DNA of 64,000 nt from Candidatus Cloacimonadales bacterium (GCA_963663475.2 CAXXJV010000002.1:128001-192000); one strand, 5' to 3'. Positions 9,428-20,466 are shown, counted from the stretch's first letter. The notes: generated by a model from the sequence alone, not told the origin. Numbers and translations: made by a program.

Positions 9428-11836
9428 TTATTTGTATTCTTGCTGCAATATTTGGATATTTCTTTTGATTCCATTAACAATTTGGACAATATATTTGGAA
9501 GAGTTATCTTCTATAGAAGAGTAGATCTTAAGGGCTTTCTCGTAGTTTCTAATAGCATCATCATATTTGCCCTGTCTGATATAGATTCTAGCAAGTTCAG
9601 CAAAATGACCAATATAAGGAGCAGTTAGACGAGCTACAACTTCGTCCTTGTAAGTCTTGTTGTCCATGATAGAGTCAACAACATAGACATTTTCTAAAAG
9701 TTCTATGTATTTATCTTCTCTAACCATATTATCTTGAGTAACTTTTGATGTAACAAGTTTATTAACCATAACATGGCTTTCGAGGTAATCATCAAGACCT
9801 AAGAACTGACCTCCCACAGTAGTAGCAAAGTAGATAGGTCTTTTGCCTAAGTTATCTTTGATGATTTGCATAGTAGCCTTATCTTGTCCCCTCCAGTAGC
9901 CCAGAGTTAAATCTTCTTGTTTTACAGTAAAACTTACAATTTTATTAGGAAGTGGGATAGTGTAAGTAATAGGACGAGAGAAACGTTCAGGTGTAACAAG
10001 GTTTTCTATTTGATTATCAGGGATTGAGAAGTAAATACCTTCTCTATCTCTTAACTGGCGAATGTACCAAGGTGTATTCATTAAGGAGTAGTTAGCAACA
10101 GAAATATCTTTTCTGATACCAAAGCATTCTCTATTTTTGAAATCCATAGCTTGGGCCATAAGTGCATTGGCTAAGGAATCAGGTTGGACTTGATCATCTC
10201 TGGCGATACTTAAAGGTTGATTATTCAAAATATAAGGGTCATCAACAGCTTGAGCATACCATAGGGGGAAGGTGTCATTATCACCATTAGTGAAGATGAT
10301 AGCATTTTCTTCCAAAGAATTTAAGAAATTCATACCGTATTCAGCAGCATAGTATTCACGAGATCTATCTACATTATGGTAGTTGGAAAGGAGACTTATG
10401 GTAGGAAATATAAAAGCAATAAGAAGAATAATAGGATAAAGTTTTTTACTTTTAATGATTGCTATTAGTCCATAAATTAAACCTATAGCCATGAAAACAG
10501 TCCACATATTATAAGCAGTAACAAAGAAGTAATCTCTAGGTCTTGGTGTTTCTAAGGGGATATTCATCACAAATACCATAGCGATAGAGCCCATAATAAA
10601 GAGGGATGTTAAATAAATAAAAGATGCTTTATTCTTTCTGGCATGGATAAAGGCGCCTACTAGTCCTAGAAGATAGGTAATTGGTATAAAAATATTATCA
10701 AGCAAGACTTTTGAGAAAGGTGTAAATTTACTTAACATATTAGTATTGAAGAATTGCCAGTTAAAATATCTTAAGAAATGGGTTCCAAATTGAGTAGTTA
10801 AGAAACTAGCATTTCTATCCATGATGCTTGTTCCCCCAAACTGTTCTCTATTGAAGAAAGCCATGAATCTTTCCCAAGTTTGCGGATCTCCTTCATTAAT
10901 AAAAGGTCTAAAAGATGCTCTAATAGGGATATAGAGATGGGTAGAAAAACCAATTATAATAGCAAGTAAAGCTAGCATCCAAGCAGTTGAATTAACTTTA
11001 TCTCTTAAATAGTACATCAAGACAAGGGTAATAGCAAGGGCAAAAAGAGGTTGGGAAATTGAAGGAGAATAAGCATTTACTATAAAGTAAAAAATGAAAA
11101 GTCCTATAACCCAAAAAACTAATTGAGTAAAGAATGAGTTTGATGAAAAATGAGGTTTAATCATAGGGTAAACTACTATCAGCAAGACTGCGGGAACAAT
11201 TTGTAGTACAGTTTGATGGACTCCAAAACCTAAGAAAAAGAGATAGATAATAAAGAGTAGGTAGTTTTGGTGTGATAAATCTTCAGATTTTTGTAACCAA
11301 ACAAGGAGTAGGTAAACGATGAAGTTTATGAAGAAAGCCAAACCTGAATACACTTCAGCTTCGACACTATTGGTCCAGAAGGTGAAAGAAAAGGCTGTAA
11401 ATAAACTTGCAATAATGCCAATAGGGACAGCTATTTTTGCTCTTGTTTCAAACATACTAACTAACTTGATAGTAAAGAGATAGGTAAACATAGCTGCTAA
11501 GGCTCCCCAGAGAGATGAAAGGAAACTAATCACTTGCGGAGAAGTCATTCCTAAGCCAATAATGTTTAAAAATCTACCGAATATTATATAGGTTGGATTT
11601 CCAGGTGCATGTAAAACTGAAAATATTTTGGCTGTAGTAGCATATTCACCCGCATCCCAAAATGCTAGGGAAGGCGAGTTAGTCATTTGATAGATAATCA
11701 TAATAAAGGCAAAGACAATAAAAGCAATAATAGCATTATGTTTAGCCTCAATTATCTGTCTAGGTTTTATTATATCTGTTTTTACTTTAACGTTTTTAGG
11801 GACTTCAAACCCTTTAATATTTTTCTTTTTACTCAT
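9428..11836 (-). CDS. DUF2723/TMEM260-like GT-C membrane glycosyltransferase with C-terminal TPR
   Basis: FWDAGEY, HAPGNP, EAEVY, FTNGDNDTFPLWY motifs; many TM helices. Confidence 0.85.
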   Translation of the reverse strand: MSKKKNIKGFEVPKNVKVKTDIIKPRQIIEAKHNAIIAFIVFAFIMIIYQMTNSPSLAFWDAGEYATTAKIFSVLHAPGNPTYIIFGRFLNIIGLGMTSPQVISFLSSLWGALAAMFTYLFTIKLVSMFETRAKIAVPIGIIASLFTAFSFTFWTNSVEAEVYSGLAFFINFIVYLLLVWLQKSEDLSHQNYLLFIIYLFFLGFGVHQTVLQIVPAVLLIVVYPMIKPHFSSNSFFTQLVFWVIGLFIFYFIVNAYSPSISQPLFALAITLVLMYYLRDKVNSTAWMLALLAIIIGFSTHLYIPIRASFRPFINEGDPQTWERFMAFFNREQFGGTSIMDRNASFLTTQFGTHFLRYFNWQFFNTNMLSKFTPFSKVLLDNIFIPITYLLGLVGAFIHARKNKASFIYLTSLFIMGSIAMVFVMNIPLETPRPRDYFFVTAYNMWTVFMAIGLIYGLIAIIKSKKLYPIILLIAFIFPTISLLSNYHNVDRSREYYAAEYGMNFLNSLEENAIIFTNGDNDTFPLWYAQAVDDPYILNNQPLSIARDDQVQPDSLANALMAQAMDFKNRECFGIRKDISVANYSLMNTPWYIRQLRDREGIYFSIPDNQIENLVTPERFSRPITYTIPLPNKIVSFTVKQEDLTLGYWRGQDKATMQIIKDNLGKRPIYFATTVGGQFLGLDDYLESHVMVNKLVTSKVTQDNMVREDKYIELLENVYVVDSIMDNKTYKDEVVARLTAPYIGHFAELARIYIRQGKYDDAIRNYEKALKIYSSIEDNSSKYIVQIVNGIKRNIQILQQEYK

Positions 11837-11856
11837 AAAATGTTATCTCCGAAATT

Positions 11857-12954
11857 CTATTTAAGACCTGATTTAGCAGTACTTGCTATGATTTGTTTTT
11901 GGGCTAGGAAGAATAAGAATACTAAAGGCAAGATACTAAAGGTTGAAGCAGCCATTAGGAGAGCTGTTTCAGTACCTGAATCTTGACTGAAGTAACTAAG
12001 ACCAACTTGTAAGACACGCAGATGCTTACTGTCTGTCATAATTAAAGGCCACATGAAACTGTTCCATGAACCAATAACAGAGAAGATTGAAGCTGTAGCT
12101 ATTACTGGTTTTGAAAGAGGAAGTACAATTCTCCAGAGTGTTCCAAAGGTAGAACAACCATCAATTGCAGCAGCATCAAAAAGCTCTTGAGGAATAGTTT
12201 TAAACTGCTGTCTAAACAAGAAAATAGTAAATATATTAGCTACCCAAGGTACGATTAAGGCAAAATAGGTATCTACTAGTCCTAGATTACTTAAAACTAT
12301 ATAGGATGGAATAAGGTAGATAGGTTGTGGAACCATCATCATACTTATTAATAGATAGAAAAGGAAGTCTTTCCCAAAGAAGTTCATTCTTGCAAAAGCA
12401 TAGGCCGCCAAGGAAGAAGTGAACAAAACACCAATTAGAGTCATAAGAGCTACAAAAATAGTGTTTTTAAAGTAAACACCAAAGGGAACTTTATTCCAGG
12501 CTCTTACAAAGTTACCAAAGAAGGGTTTAATGAAGCTTTCTTCTTTGATATCATCTTTATGTACTAACTTGTATTCTAATTTGGCTTGGTCAGATAAAAG
12601 AACTCTTTTAGTTCTATTTTCAACTCTTCCATCATCATATCTATATTTATAGTCTAAATCATAAGCAATTTCACGATTTAAGTTTTCTGGATGTTTAGCA
12701 ATTTCACCATCAGGAGTGAAGGTAGAAACTAAGACAGAATCACCAATTTCTAATGCTCTACTAATTCTAACAGGTTGCTTATCCTCCAGGATATAGGTTG
12801 AGTTGTTTACCCAGTTGAAACCAATATTTCCATCATTTATCTCAACTTGATCCTTTAGGGCAGTATTAATCATCCATAGGAAAGGGACAACCATCACAAT
12901 ACCTAATATAACAAGCAAAGTATATATTAAAACACTAAAAGGGGTATTTTTCAT
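11857..12954 (-). CDS. Carbohydrate ABC transporter permease (MalG/UgpE-like)
   Basis: ELFDAAAIDGCS (EAA loop), WNSFMWP. Confidence 0.92.
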   Translation of the reverse strand: MKNTPFSVLIYTLLVILGIVMVVPFLWMINTALKDQVEINDGNIGFNWVNNSTYILEDKQPVRISRALEIGDSVLVSTFTPDGEIAKHPENLNREIAYDLDYKYRYDDGRVENRTKRVLLSDQAKLEYKLVHKDDIKEESFIKPFFGNFVRAWNKVPFGVYFKNTIFVALMTLIGVLFTSSLAAYAFARMNFFGKDFLFYLLISMMMVPQPIYLIPSYIVLSNLGLVDTYFALIVPWVANIFTIFLFRQQFKTIPQELFDAAAIDGCSTFGTLWRIVLPLSKPVIATASIFSVIGSWNSFMWPLIMTDSKHLRVLQVGLSYFSQDSGTETALLMAASTFSILPLVFLFFLAQKQIIASTAKSGLK

Positions 12955-12966
12955 TTTGATTCTCCT

Positions 12967-13905
12967 CTATTCGTATGTAACATGCTTTTCTAAGCGTTTT
13001 TGGATAAGAGTTAATAACAGGATAACAACAAAGAGTACCAAGGCAATAGCATTAGCATAAGAGAAGTTTAAATCAATAAAACCAGCTTCAAAGATATAAT
13101 AAACTATTAGAGATGTTGTTCCTTGTGGTCCACCAGCAGGAGTACCAGTCATAAGATAAATCTGTGAGAAAGATTGGAATGTAACAATAGTAGTCATCAT
13201 TAAAACATAGTAGGTAGTAGGTGATACTAAAGGAATAGTAATCCCAAAGAATTGTTTAGTTTTGCTAGCACCATCAATTGAAGATGCTTCATAATATTCT
13301 TTGGCAATATTCTGTAAGCCAGCTAAGTAGATGATAGTATTGTAGCCAATACTTTTCCAGACTGTTACAATCATAATAGAGAAGAGAGCTAAAGAAGGTC
13401 CCCCCATCCAATCAGGGATAGTAATTCCAAAGTTTTGGAAGAGAAGGGTAAAGATACCAGTAGGTTCATTAAGCCATTTAAGAGGTTCTAAGCCAATTCC
13501 CTCTAGAAAATAGTTAAATAAACCACTTCTTTGTTGGAAGATGATTTTCCAGACAATTGAAACAGCTACCATTGAAGTAACATAGGGTAAGAAATAGGCA
13601 GTACGAAAGAAGCCTCGTAGCCATTTAATATTATTCAATAGTACTGCAAAGAATAAGGAAAGAACTATTGTAACAGGTACGACCATGACTACAAACCAAA
13701 TAGTATTGGTCATTGATTGCAAGAATTCTGCATCAGTGAATAACTTTCCATAATTCTCAAATCCTACAAAATTCTCAACTCCAGTGAGTTTCCAGTCAAA
13801 AAAACTAATTACAAATGAGAGTAATATGGGTATAAATCTGAAAGCTATGATAATTATCATGGCTGGCAGAATATATAAATAGGGGCTTAGCTTATTTTTT
13901 TTCAT
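12967..13905 (-). CDS. Carbohydrate ABC transporter permease (MalF/UgpA-like)
   Basis: LAGLQNI...YEASSIDGA EAA motif. Confidence 0.92.
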   Translation of the reverse strand: MKKNKLSPYLYILPAMIIIIAFRFIPILLSFVISFFDWKLTGVENFVGFENYGKLFTDAEFLQSMTNTIWFVVMVVPVTIVLSLFFAVLLNNIKWLRGFFRTAYFLPYVTSMVAVSIVWKIIFQQRSGLFNYFLEGIGLEPLKWLNEPTGIFTLLFQNFGITIPDWMGGPSLALFSIMIVTVWKSIGYNTIIYLAGLQNIAKEYYEASSIDGASKTKQFFGITIPLVSPTTYYVLMMTTIVTFQSFSQIYLMTGTPAGGPQGTTSLIVYYIFEAGFIDLNFSYANAIALVLFVVILLLTLIQKRLEKHVTYE

Positions 13906-14174
13906 ACTTTATCCTATAATTTTTTTACAAGAATGTATTTCGATTAATTATTGTCAAATGTTTTATCTAAGATACTAGTAAATTTGTCTTTATTTATGCA
14001 GAAATGTAAAATATGTCTTAATTTGTAGCTTTAATAAAATCATGGAAACTAGTGAGATACTTGGCTGCTTGAAAAAAGATCGACTTACTTTCAGCTCTTG
14101 GTATTAGGAAAAATTCATGATAATAGAAAGACTTGGTCTGGTGCAGAACAAATGACAAGGAGCATTTTGAGCAT

Positions 14175-14203
14175 AAAAAAAATCCCTCTTAGGAGGGACT
14201 TTT
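14175..14203 (-). terminator. Intrinsic terminator
   Basis: aaaaaaaatccctc-ttag-gagggactttt, downstream of the thioredoxin gene. Confidence 0.7.
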
Positions 14204-14220
14204 AATATTATTAAGTTAGA

Positions 14221-14697
14221 TTATTTTTTTATCATTTTTTCTAAATGTTGGATATATTTATCAGGTCCACCTGGTTGGTAGCCTGTTTGGCCTACAACAT
14301 CACCTTGAGCATCAGCAAGAATAATGGTAGGATAACCACGTACTCCATATTGTTGTTGAAGTTGCTGTCTCTTAACCTGCTCTTCTTGAGGAAGTTGTTG
14401 GAAAGTTGTAGGGAAATCAATCTTGAGCATAATTAAGTTTTTGTCTGCGTAATCTACAAATTCCTTATGAGAAAAAACTTCTTGGTCAAGCTTGATACAC
14501 CATTTGCACCAATCAGAGCCTGTGAAATTAATTAAAATTGTTTTATCTTCTTTACTAGCATTATCTAAGGCCATTTGATAGTCTTCTATCCAATTTAATT
14601 TTGGGCTGTCTTTTTCTACAACTGCTTTCTCTTGGGCACAGCTCAAGGAGGTAATAAGAAGTAGACTTAAGCTTAGGATTAAAAAGATTTTTCTCAT
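14221..14697 (-). CDS. Exported thioredoxin-fold protein (possible lipoprotein)
   Basis: FTGSDWCKWC, GYPT; LSC lipobox-like site. Confidence 0.9.
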   Translation of the reverse strand: MRKIFLILSLSLLLITSLSCAQEKAVVEKDSPKLNWIEDYQMALDNASKEDKTILINFTGSDWCKWCIKLDQEVFSHKEFVDYADKNLIMLKIDFPTTFQQLPQEEQVKRQQLQQQYGVRGYPTIILADAQGDVVGQTGYQPGGPDKYIQHLEKMIKK

Positions 14698-15113
14698 ATT
14701 TCTTCTCCATTGATAAATATTTTAGTTTCAAAATCAGCAGCTTTTTTCAGCATAAAAGAAACTCCGCAATAGCTGTCTTCAGATAGTTTAACTGCTTTTT
14801 TTATTTTAGCTACAGGTAAATCTTGTCCTTTGAAATTATAAGCTAAATAGATTTTACTATAATGTTTAGGATGCTCACTAGTTTGATCAGCATCAGCTTC
14901 AAGCCAAAACTCATAATTATCGACTTTCATTTTTTTTAAGATTGAGACAACATCCATGCCTGTGCAACCAGTTAATGCGGTTAATAGTAAGCCTTTTGGA
15001 CGAGGTCCTTTATCATGGCCTCCCACTTCTGCATTAGCATCAATGGTCATATGGTGTCCATTTAGCTCAGAATCAAATTCCATGTCTCCATTCCATATTG
15101 TTTTAACAATCAT
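14694..15113 (-). CDS. OsmC/YhfA family protein
   Basis: GPRPKGLLL.AL.GCTGMDV, YCGVS; start at ATG 15113 after AGGTG. Confidence 0.9.
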   Translation of the reverse strand: MIVKTIWNGDMEFDSELNGHHMTIDANAEVGGHDKGPRPKGLLLTALTGCTGMDVVSILKKMKVDNYEFWLEADADQTSEHPKHYSKIYLAYNFKGQDLPVAKIKKAVKLSEDSYCGVSFMLKKAADFETKIFINGEEI

Positions 15114-15573
15114 TGATCTCACCTTCTTTTGTCATTTTTTGGGTCATGTTTTCGAAGGCTTTGGTGAAAAGTATTAGGTTTTCTAACATGTCGTCTAATT
15201 TATCTTCAGGTATTAACTTAAGAACACTCTTCTGATGATTTATAATATTATCAGAAATTTCTTTAGCTCTATATTCACCTTCAGGGGTTAAGACTGCATA
15301 CCATTGCCTTCTGTCTTCTTCAGAATGTTCTCTTTTGGCTAATTTTAAATCACACAAATTATCCATTAATCTGGTAACTCTACTGTGAGAAACATTTAAA
15401 ATGCCAGCAAGATCATTCATCACAACCTTACTCTTAGTATTATAAAGGAATTGCAATAAAAAGCAATCAATTTTTGATAAATCAGGACATTTTTTAAAAA
15501 TGCTATCTCTAATTGTTAAGTTCTTATGTAATACTTCCAACACATTTACAAATTCTTTAGCGCGATTAATCAT
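15103..15573 (-). CDS. MarR family transcriptional regulator
   Basis: wHTH SRVTRLMD..L, EEDRR, LTPEG; start at ATG 15573 after GGAGG. Confidence 0.9.
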   Translation of the reverse strand: MINRAKEFVNVLEVLHKNLTIRDSIFKKCPDLSKIDCFLLQFLYNTKSKVVMNDLAGILNVSHSRVTRLMDNLCDLKLAKREHSEEDRRQWYAVLTPEGEYRAKEISDNIINHQKSVLKLIPEDKLDDMLENLILFTKAFENMTQKMTKEGEINDC

Positions 15574-15765
15574 TATTTCCTCCAAGTAATAACTTTTAAT
15601 TATAATATATTTTTTTTATAAGTTTAATTGCTAGCATTGATAAAACATTGTAATATTGAATTGAATCAATATATAGAACAATTTAAACCAAATATTCAAT
15701 GGTGCAACTATTTTATTATAATATCATCACATTATGATAAATTTCATATGTTTATAAATTTTAGA

Positions 15766-17601
15766 TTATTCAACTGTTACACTTTTAGCTAGATTTCGAG
15801 GTTGATCAACGTCTAGATTACGAAGATCAGCAACGTGATAAGCTAACAATTGTAGTGGAATAACAGTTAAGATAGGTTGTAGATCACTTAGTGTTTTAGG
15901 CACTAATAAGACTTCTTCAGACATTTCTTCGATCTGTTCTTCAGATTCAGTAATAATAGTGAAAAGTTTACCTTTCCTAGCAACTACTTCTTGTAGGTTA
16001 GAGATAATTTTGTCATAAAGAACATCTTTAGGAGCTATAGCTATAACAGGCATGTTTTCATCAATTAGGGCAATAGGTCCATGTTTCATCTCAGCAGCAG
16101 GATAGCCTTCAGCGTGAATATAGGAAATTTCTTTAAGCTTGAGAGCTCCTTCTAAGGCAACTGGGAAATGAAGATCACGTCCTAGATATAAGGCATTGGT
16201 TGAATCCTTAATCTTTTTGGCAATCTCTCTAATTTTATCATTAAGTTTTAGGATTTCTTCAATTTGTTCAGGAATTTTTCTTAGGGCTTTTATGTATTCA
16301 ATACCTTCAACAGGAGATATACCTCTCATTCTCCCCAAGAGAAGTCCTAGTAAGAAGAGAATAGTAACTTGCGAGGTAAAGGCTTTAGTTGAAGCAACAC
16401 CAATTTCAGCACCAGCATAGATATAGACACCTCCGTCTGACTCCCTAGCAATGGTTGAACCAATACCATTAGTAATTCCCATAACTCGGGCACCTTTGGC
16501 ACTTGCTTCTTTCATGGCAGCTAAGGTATCAGCTGTTTCTCCAGATTGGCTAACAACAAATACTAGCGTATCATCTTCAATAATTGGGTTACGGTATCTA
16601 TATTCACTAGCATATTCAACTTCTACATGAAGTCTAGCCATTCTTTCTATTAAGTATTTACCTAATAAACAAGAATAATAAGATGTTCCACAGGCTAACA
16701 ACTGAAGTCTTTTTATTTTTCTTAGTTCACAAGGAATCATATTAAGTCCACCTAAGCGAGCAGTAGCCATACTATCATATAATCTACCCCGAAAAGCGTG
16801 TCTTACAGTACTTGCTTGTTCAAATATTTCCTTTAGCATGAAGTGTTTAAAACCGTTTTTTTCTACTGAAGAAGCTTCCCATTCTACAGTTGCAATTTCA
16901 GGGTCAACTGGAACATTATCAAGAGTAGAAATTAGGTAATTATCTTCATTAAGGACAGCTATTTCATTGTCATTTAAATAGATAACCTTATTAGTGTGGG
17001 TGAGAATAGCATTTACATCAGATGTAAGGAAGTAGGCATCATCACTAACTCCTAAGATAAGAGGTGAACCTTTACGGGCAGCAATCATTTGTTTAGGATT
17101 GTCTTTACAGAAGACTGCTATTCCGTAGGTACCTTCCACTAAGTGGAGAGAAGCTCTTACAGCCTCTTCTAAGGATTTATGTTTTTTATAAAAATAACCA
17201 ATGACATGGGCTAAAATCTCAGTATCAGTTTCACCTTCCACATGGTCATCATGGTCTATAAGTATTTTTCTTAGTTCTTTGTAATTTTCTATGATGCCGT
17301 TATGAACTAGGGCAATATTGTTATGTTTATCATGATGGGGATGGGCATTAAGCTTAGAAGGCTCACCATGAGTAGCCCAACGGGTATGAGCAATAGCAAT
17401 GTTTGACATAGTGAATTCAGGTTGAGGAAGTGATGATTCAAGCTCAATAATCTTGCCAGCTTCTTTAAATATTTTCAACTGTTCGTCATTATAAATAGCA
17501 ATACCAGAACTATCATATCCCCGATATTCTAATTTTTTAAGGGCAGCTAAGACAATTGGGACTGCACTTTTTTTGCCTAGATAACCAACTATTCCGCACA
17601 T
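15766..17601 (-). CDS. glmS: Glutamine--fructose-6-phosphate transaminase
   Basis: MCGIVG, LEYRGYDS, HTRWATHG, SQSGETADT, QPRNLAKSVTVE. Confidence 0.98.
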   Translation of the reverse strand: MCGIVGYLGKKSAVPIVLAALKKLEYRGYDSSGIAIYNDEQLKIFKEAGKIIELESSLPQPEFTMSNIAIAHTRWATHGEPSKLNAHPHHDKHNNIALVHNGIIENYKELRKILIDHDDHVEGETDTEILAHVIGYFYKKHKSLEEAVRASLHLVEGTYGIAVFCKDNPKQMIAARKGSPLILGVSDDAYFLTSDVNAILTHTNKVIYLNDNEIAVLNEDNYLISTLDNVPVDPEIATVEWEASSVEKNGFKHFMLKEIFEQASTVRHAFRGRLYDSMATARLGGLNMIPCELRKIKRLQLLACGTSYYSCLLGKYLIERMARLHVEVEYASEYRYRNPIIEDDTLVFVVSQSGETADTLAAMKEASAKGARVMGITNGIGSTIARESDGGVYIYAGAEIGVASTKAFTSQVTILFLLGLLLGRMRGISPVEGIEYIKALRKIPEQIEEILKLNDKIREIAKKIKDSTNALYLGRDLHFPVALEGALKLKEISYIHAEGYPAAEMKHGPIALIDENMPVIAIAPKDVLYDKIISNLQEVVARKGKLFTIITESEEQIEEMSEEVLLVPKTLSDLQPILTVIPLQLLAYHVADLRNLDVDQPRNLAKSVTVE

Positions 17602-19712
17602 TATTCTATCTCCTGGAAACCATTATTAATTTTATAAATAATTATATTGATTAAAATAAATATTACTAGTGAAATTGTCAAGATAGAAATTGAACTCAAG
17701 CTGTATCCTTCTAAGATTTCTAGATATTTTGTTGGGATAAATTCTCTTCCAACTAGGATAGCTAAGGCATTATTTAAGAAATGAGCTAGCATAGGAAGAT
17801 ATATAGATTTTGTTGTATAGAGTAGGTAGCCTAACCAAATACCCAGGAAGGTTATTGGTAATAATTTATAAAAATCTAAATGGAAAATTGCAAAAAGTAC
17901 ACCAGTAAGAATTATACTTGTCCAAATACCTTTCTTTTCAAAGAAACGAGGCAGTAATCCTCTAAAGAGAAGTTCTTCAAAGATAGCTGGAGCAAGAGCG
18001 ATAACTCCTATAATAACTAATAAAGGAAGTTGCTGACCTGTCATAAGTTCCATCATACCAGCAAAATAATCTTCTGGAATTGGATAGAAGAAGTTTACTA
18101 CATTAGTCAAGGCTGATGAAATAATTATTGTAGGAACAGCCATTAAGGGAACTAGAATGAAGTTAGAGATTTTAGAAGCTTTGTATCTAAGGAAATTACG
18201 TGATTCTGCTCTAACTTCAGCTTTATTTCCGCCTTTCTTTTTAGGAAAGAGGAGGTTAACTAAGAGTAGAACAGGGAGACCAATTATAAATACTTGAGTT
18301 TTAAGAACTCCTTCCATCAATACTTCTTGATTAATACTACCGTTAGCGTAAGCTTCTCTTTGCCAGCCAAAACCAACATAATAGAGGAGACCAAGCATTA
18401 TCATATAAAAAATTAATCCAATTGCAGGAGTAAGCAATTGTCCCTTGTTTTTCTTAATCCCAGAAAGAGAAGTTTCTGACTGGGTTCTAAAGAGAACTTT
18501 TTCTGAAGCAAAGACTTTGATTGTTACGATAATGGCAATAATGTTCAAGACTATAGTAGAAGCTACAGTCAATCCAAAATGAGTAAAATTAACTCCTGAT
18601 AACATGATTTCTTTAAATAGTAGGGAAATATTAATGATAGGAATAAAGGCCAGTCCTTTATTCATTTCAAATCCTGGGAACATAGAAATCATAGCAAGCA
18701 TCATAGCGACCAGCATTATAGGGCTTTCGTATGACCTAGCTTCTTTCATATTTCGACTGTAGGTTGAGATTGTTAAAAGGATAGCACTGAATAAAAAGAC
18801 TATTGGTAGTAGTGATAGAAGTACCCAGACAAAGGAAGATAATGGGATATTAGCACCAACCATAGATCCACCTACCTGACTTACCATCTGCCTGAAAGAG
18901 AAATACATAGAAAACATATTTACAAAGACATTTACCAAACTAGCAGTTACAATAGTGAAGAATTTACCCATTACTATTTCGTTTCTAGTTACTGATGAAA
19001 CTAAAAGTGTTTCTAAGGTCTTTCTTTCCTTCTCGCCTGCTACTAAATCTGTGGCTACTACTGCGCCCCCTGATATAAGCAACATTATGAGTAAATAGGG
19101 GAGTACCCGCCCCATTACCATTCCTAGCATCTGTTGAGAGGAAGCTACATTGGTCATCTTAGCTTCTTGAGAAAGAGGATTCAAGAAGGCATCATCATTG
19201 GCTAAATCAGTTATCTCTCTCAATCTAACCCTAATTAAGTCTTTTTCAAAAGCTCCTATTAGAGATTTAACATCTTCTAAGGCTAGATTACTTTTATCAG
19301 AAGAACCATCATACTTATATTCAAAGAAATAGGTTTGTGGTTGGGAAAAGGAAACAGAATCTAGTTTTACTATAGTATGAATTACACCATCTTTAAGAAG
19401 TGTATCTATTTCACTTTTGCCATTGTAGATTTTTATTTTTTCATTTTCAGAAAGTTTTTCTTGGATGTTTGCTATTATATAATCTAATTCTTGGTTTTGG
19501 TAGTCGGTATAAGCATCAAAGTTTTCTAAAGCAATGACCTTAGTTTCTTCTTCCATTTTCTGTGTTTGCCGACTCATTAAGGATGAAACACCAATAAAAA
19601 GAACAGGATAGAGAATAAGGGGTAAGAGAATAGTAGAAAAGAGGGTTCGTTTGTCTCTATAGACTTCTAAAAGTTCCTTTAAATATATCTTTCTTACTTT
19701 TTTATAATTCAT
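17601..19712 (-). CDS. NatB-like ABC-2 permease fused to a CPBP (Abi/CAAX) intramembrane protease
   Basis: AGEKERKTLETLL (NatB-type); EELLFRG, FAIFH, HFLNN (CPBP). Confidence 0.88.
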   Translation of the reverse strand: MNYKKVRKIYLKELLEVYRDKRTLFSTILLPLILYPVLFIGVSSLMSRQTQKMEEETKVIALENFDAYTDYQNQELDYIIANIQEKLSENEKIKIYNGKSEIDTLLKDGVIHTIVKLDSVSFSQPQTYFFEYKYDGSSDKSNLALEDVKSLIGAFEKDLIRVRLREITDLANDDAFLNPLSQEAKMTNVASSQQMLGMVMGRVLPYLLIMLLISGGAVVATDLVAGEKERKTLETLLVSSVTRNEIVMGKFFTIVTASLVNVFVNMFSMYFSFRQMVSQVGGSMVGANIPLSSFVWVLLSLLPIVFLFSAILLTISTYSRNMKEARSYESPIMLVAMMLAMISMFPGFEMNKGLAFIPIINISLLFKEIMLSGVNFTHFGLTVASTIVLNIIAIIVTIKVFASEKVLFRTQSETSLSGIKKNKGQLLTPAIGLIFYMIMLGLLYYVGFGWQREAYANGSINQEVLMEGVLKTQVFIIGLPVLLLVNLLFPKKKGGNKAEVRAESRNFLRYKASKISNFILVPLMAVPTIIISSALTNVVNFFYPIPEDYFAGMMELMTGQQLPLLVIIGVIALAPAIFEELLFRGLLPRFFEKKGIWTSIILTGVLFAIFHLDFYKLLPITFLGIWLGYLLYTTKSIYLPMLAHFLNNALAILVGREFIPTKYLEILEGYSLSSISILTISLVIFILINIIIYKINNGFQEIE

Positions 19713-20466
19713 GGTCTGCCACCTCTTCTTCTGTCATTTTATTAACATAATAGACGAATATATCGTCTAAATCTGATAGCTGAGTTTCTTGTCTTAAAAA
19801 TTCTAAGCTACCTTGGGTTAGTATTTTTCCTTGGTGAATCATGACAATTCTATCAGCTAGTCTTTCTGCTTCTCGCATAATATGAGTAGAAAAGAGAACA
19901 CTCTTTCCTTCTTCTTTTGATCTTTTGATAAAGGAAACAATATTTCTTGCAGTGAGTATATCCAATCCCGAAGTTGGTTCATCTAGAATCATTACTGGCG
20001 GATTATGGATTATAGAGCGAACAATTGAAACTTTTTGGCGCATACCAGTAGATAAAAAGTCAATCTTCTTATCAAGAAATTCTTGCATATCTAACATTTC
20101 TGCCATCTCAGCAATTCTCTGGTCAGTAACCCTACGTTCTAAGCCATAAAGATCCCCAAAATATCTGAGAAACTCTCTAACTTTAAGTCTAGTGTAAAGT
20201 CCTGTATCGCCTGAAAGAAAACCTAAGTTCCTTCTAACATCATGTCCTTGGTGTACTATATCATATCCTTCTATCTCAGCAGTACCTGAAGTTGGTTCAA
20301 ACACAGTTGAAAGTATTCTCATAGTTGTTGTTTTACCTGCTCCATTTACCCCCAGCAAGCAAACAATTTCACCTTTATTTACCTGAAAGGAGACATTATC
20401 TACAGCAGTAAAAAGTTCTCCATCCTTTTGCGTGAATTGTTTAGTTAAATTCATAACTTCTATCAT
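19702..20466 (-). CDS. NatA-like ABC ATPase
   Basis: GVNGAGKTT, LSTGMRQK, LDEPT, STH. Confidence 0.9.
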   Translation of the reverse strand: MIEVMNLTKQFTQKDGELFTAVDNVSFQVNKGEIVCLLGVNGAGKTTTMRILSTVFEPTSGTAEIEGYDIVHQGHDVRRNLGFLSGDTGLYTRLKVREFLRYFGDLYGLERRVTDQRIAEMAEMLDMQEFLDKKIDFLSTGMRQKVSIVRSIIHNPPVMILDEPTSGLDILTARNIVSFIKRSKEEGKSVLFSTHIMREAERLADRIVMIHQGKILTQGSLEFLRQETQLSDLDDIFVYYVNKMTEEEVADHEL

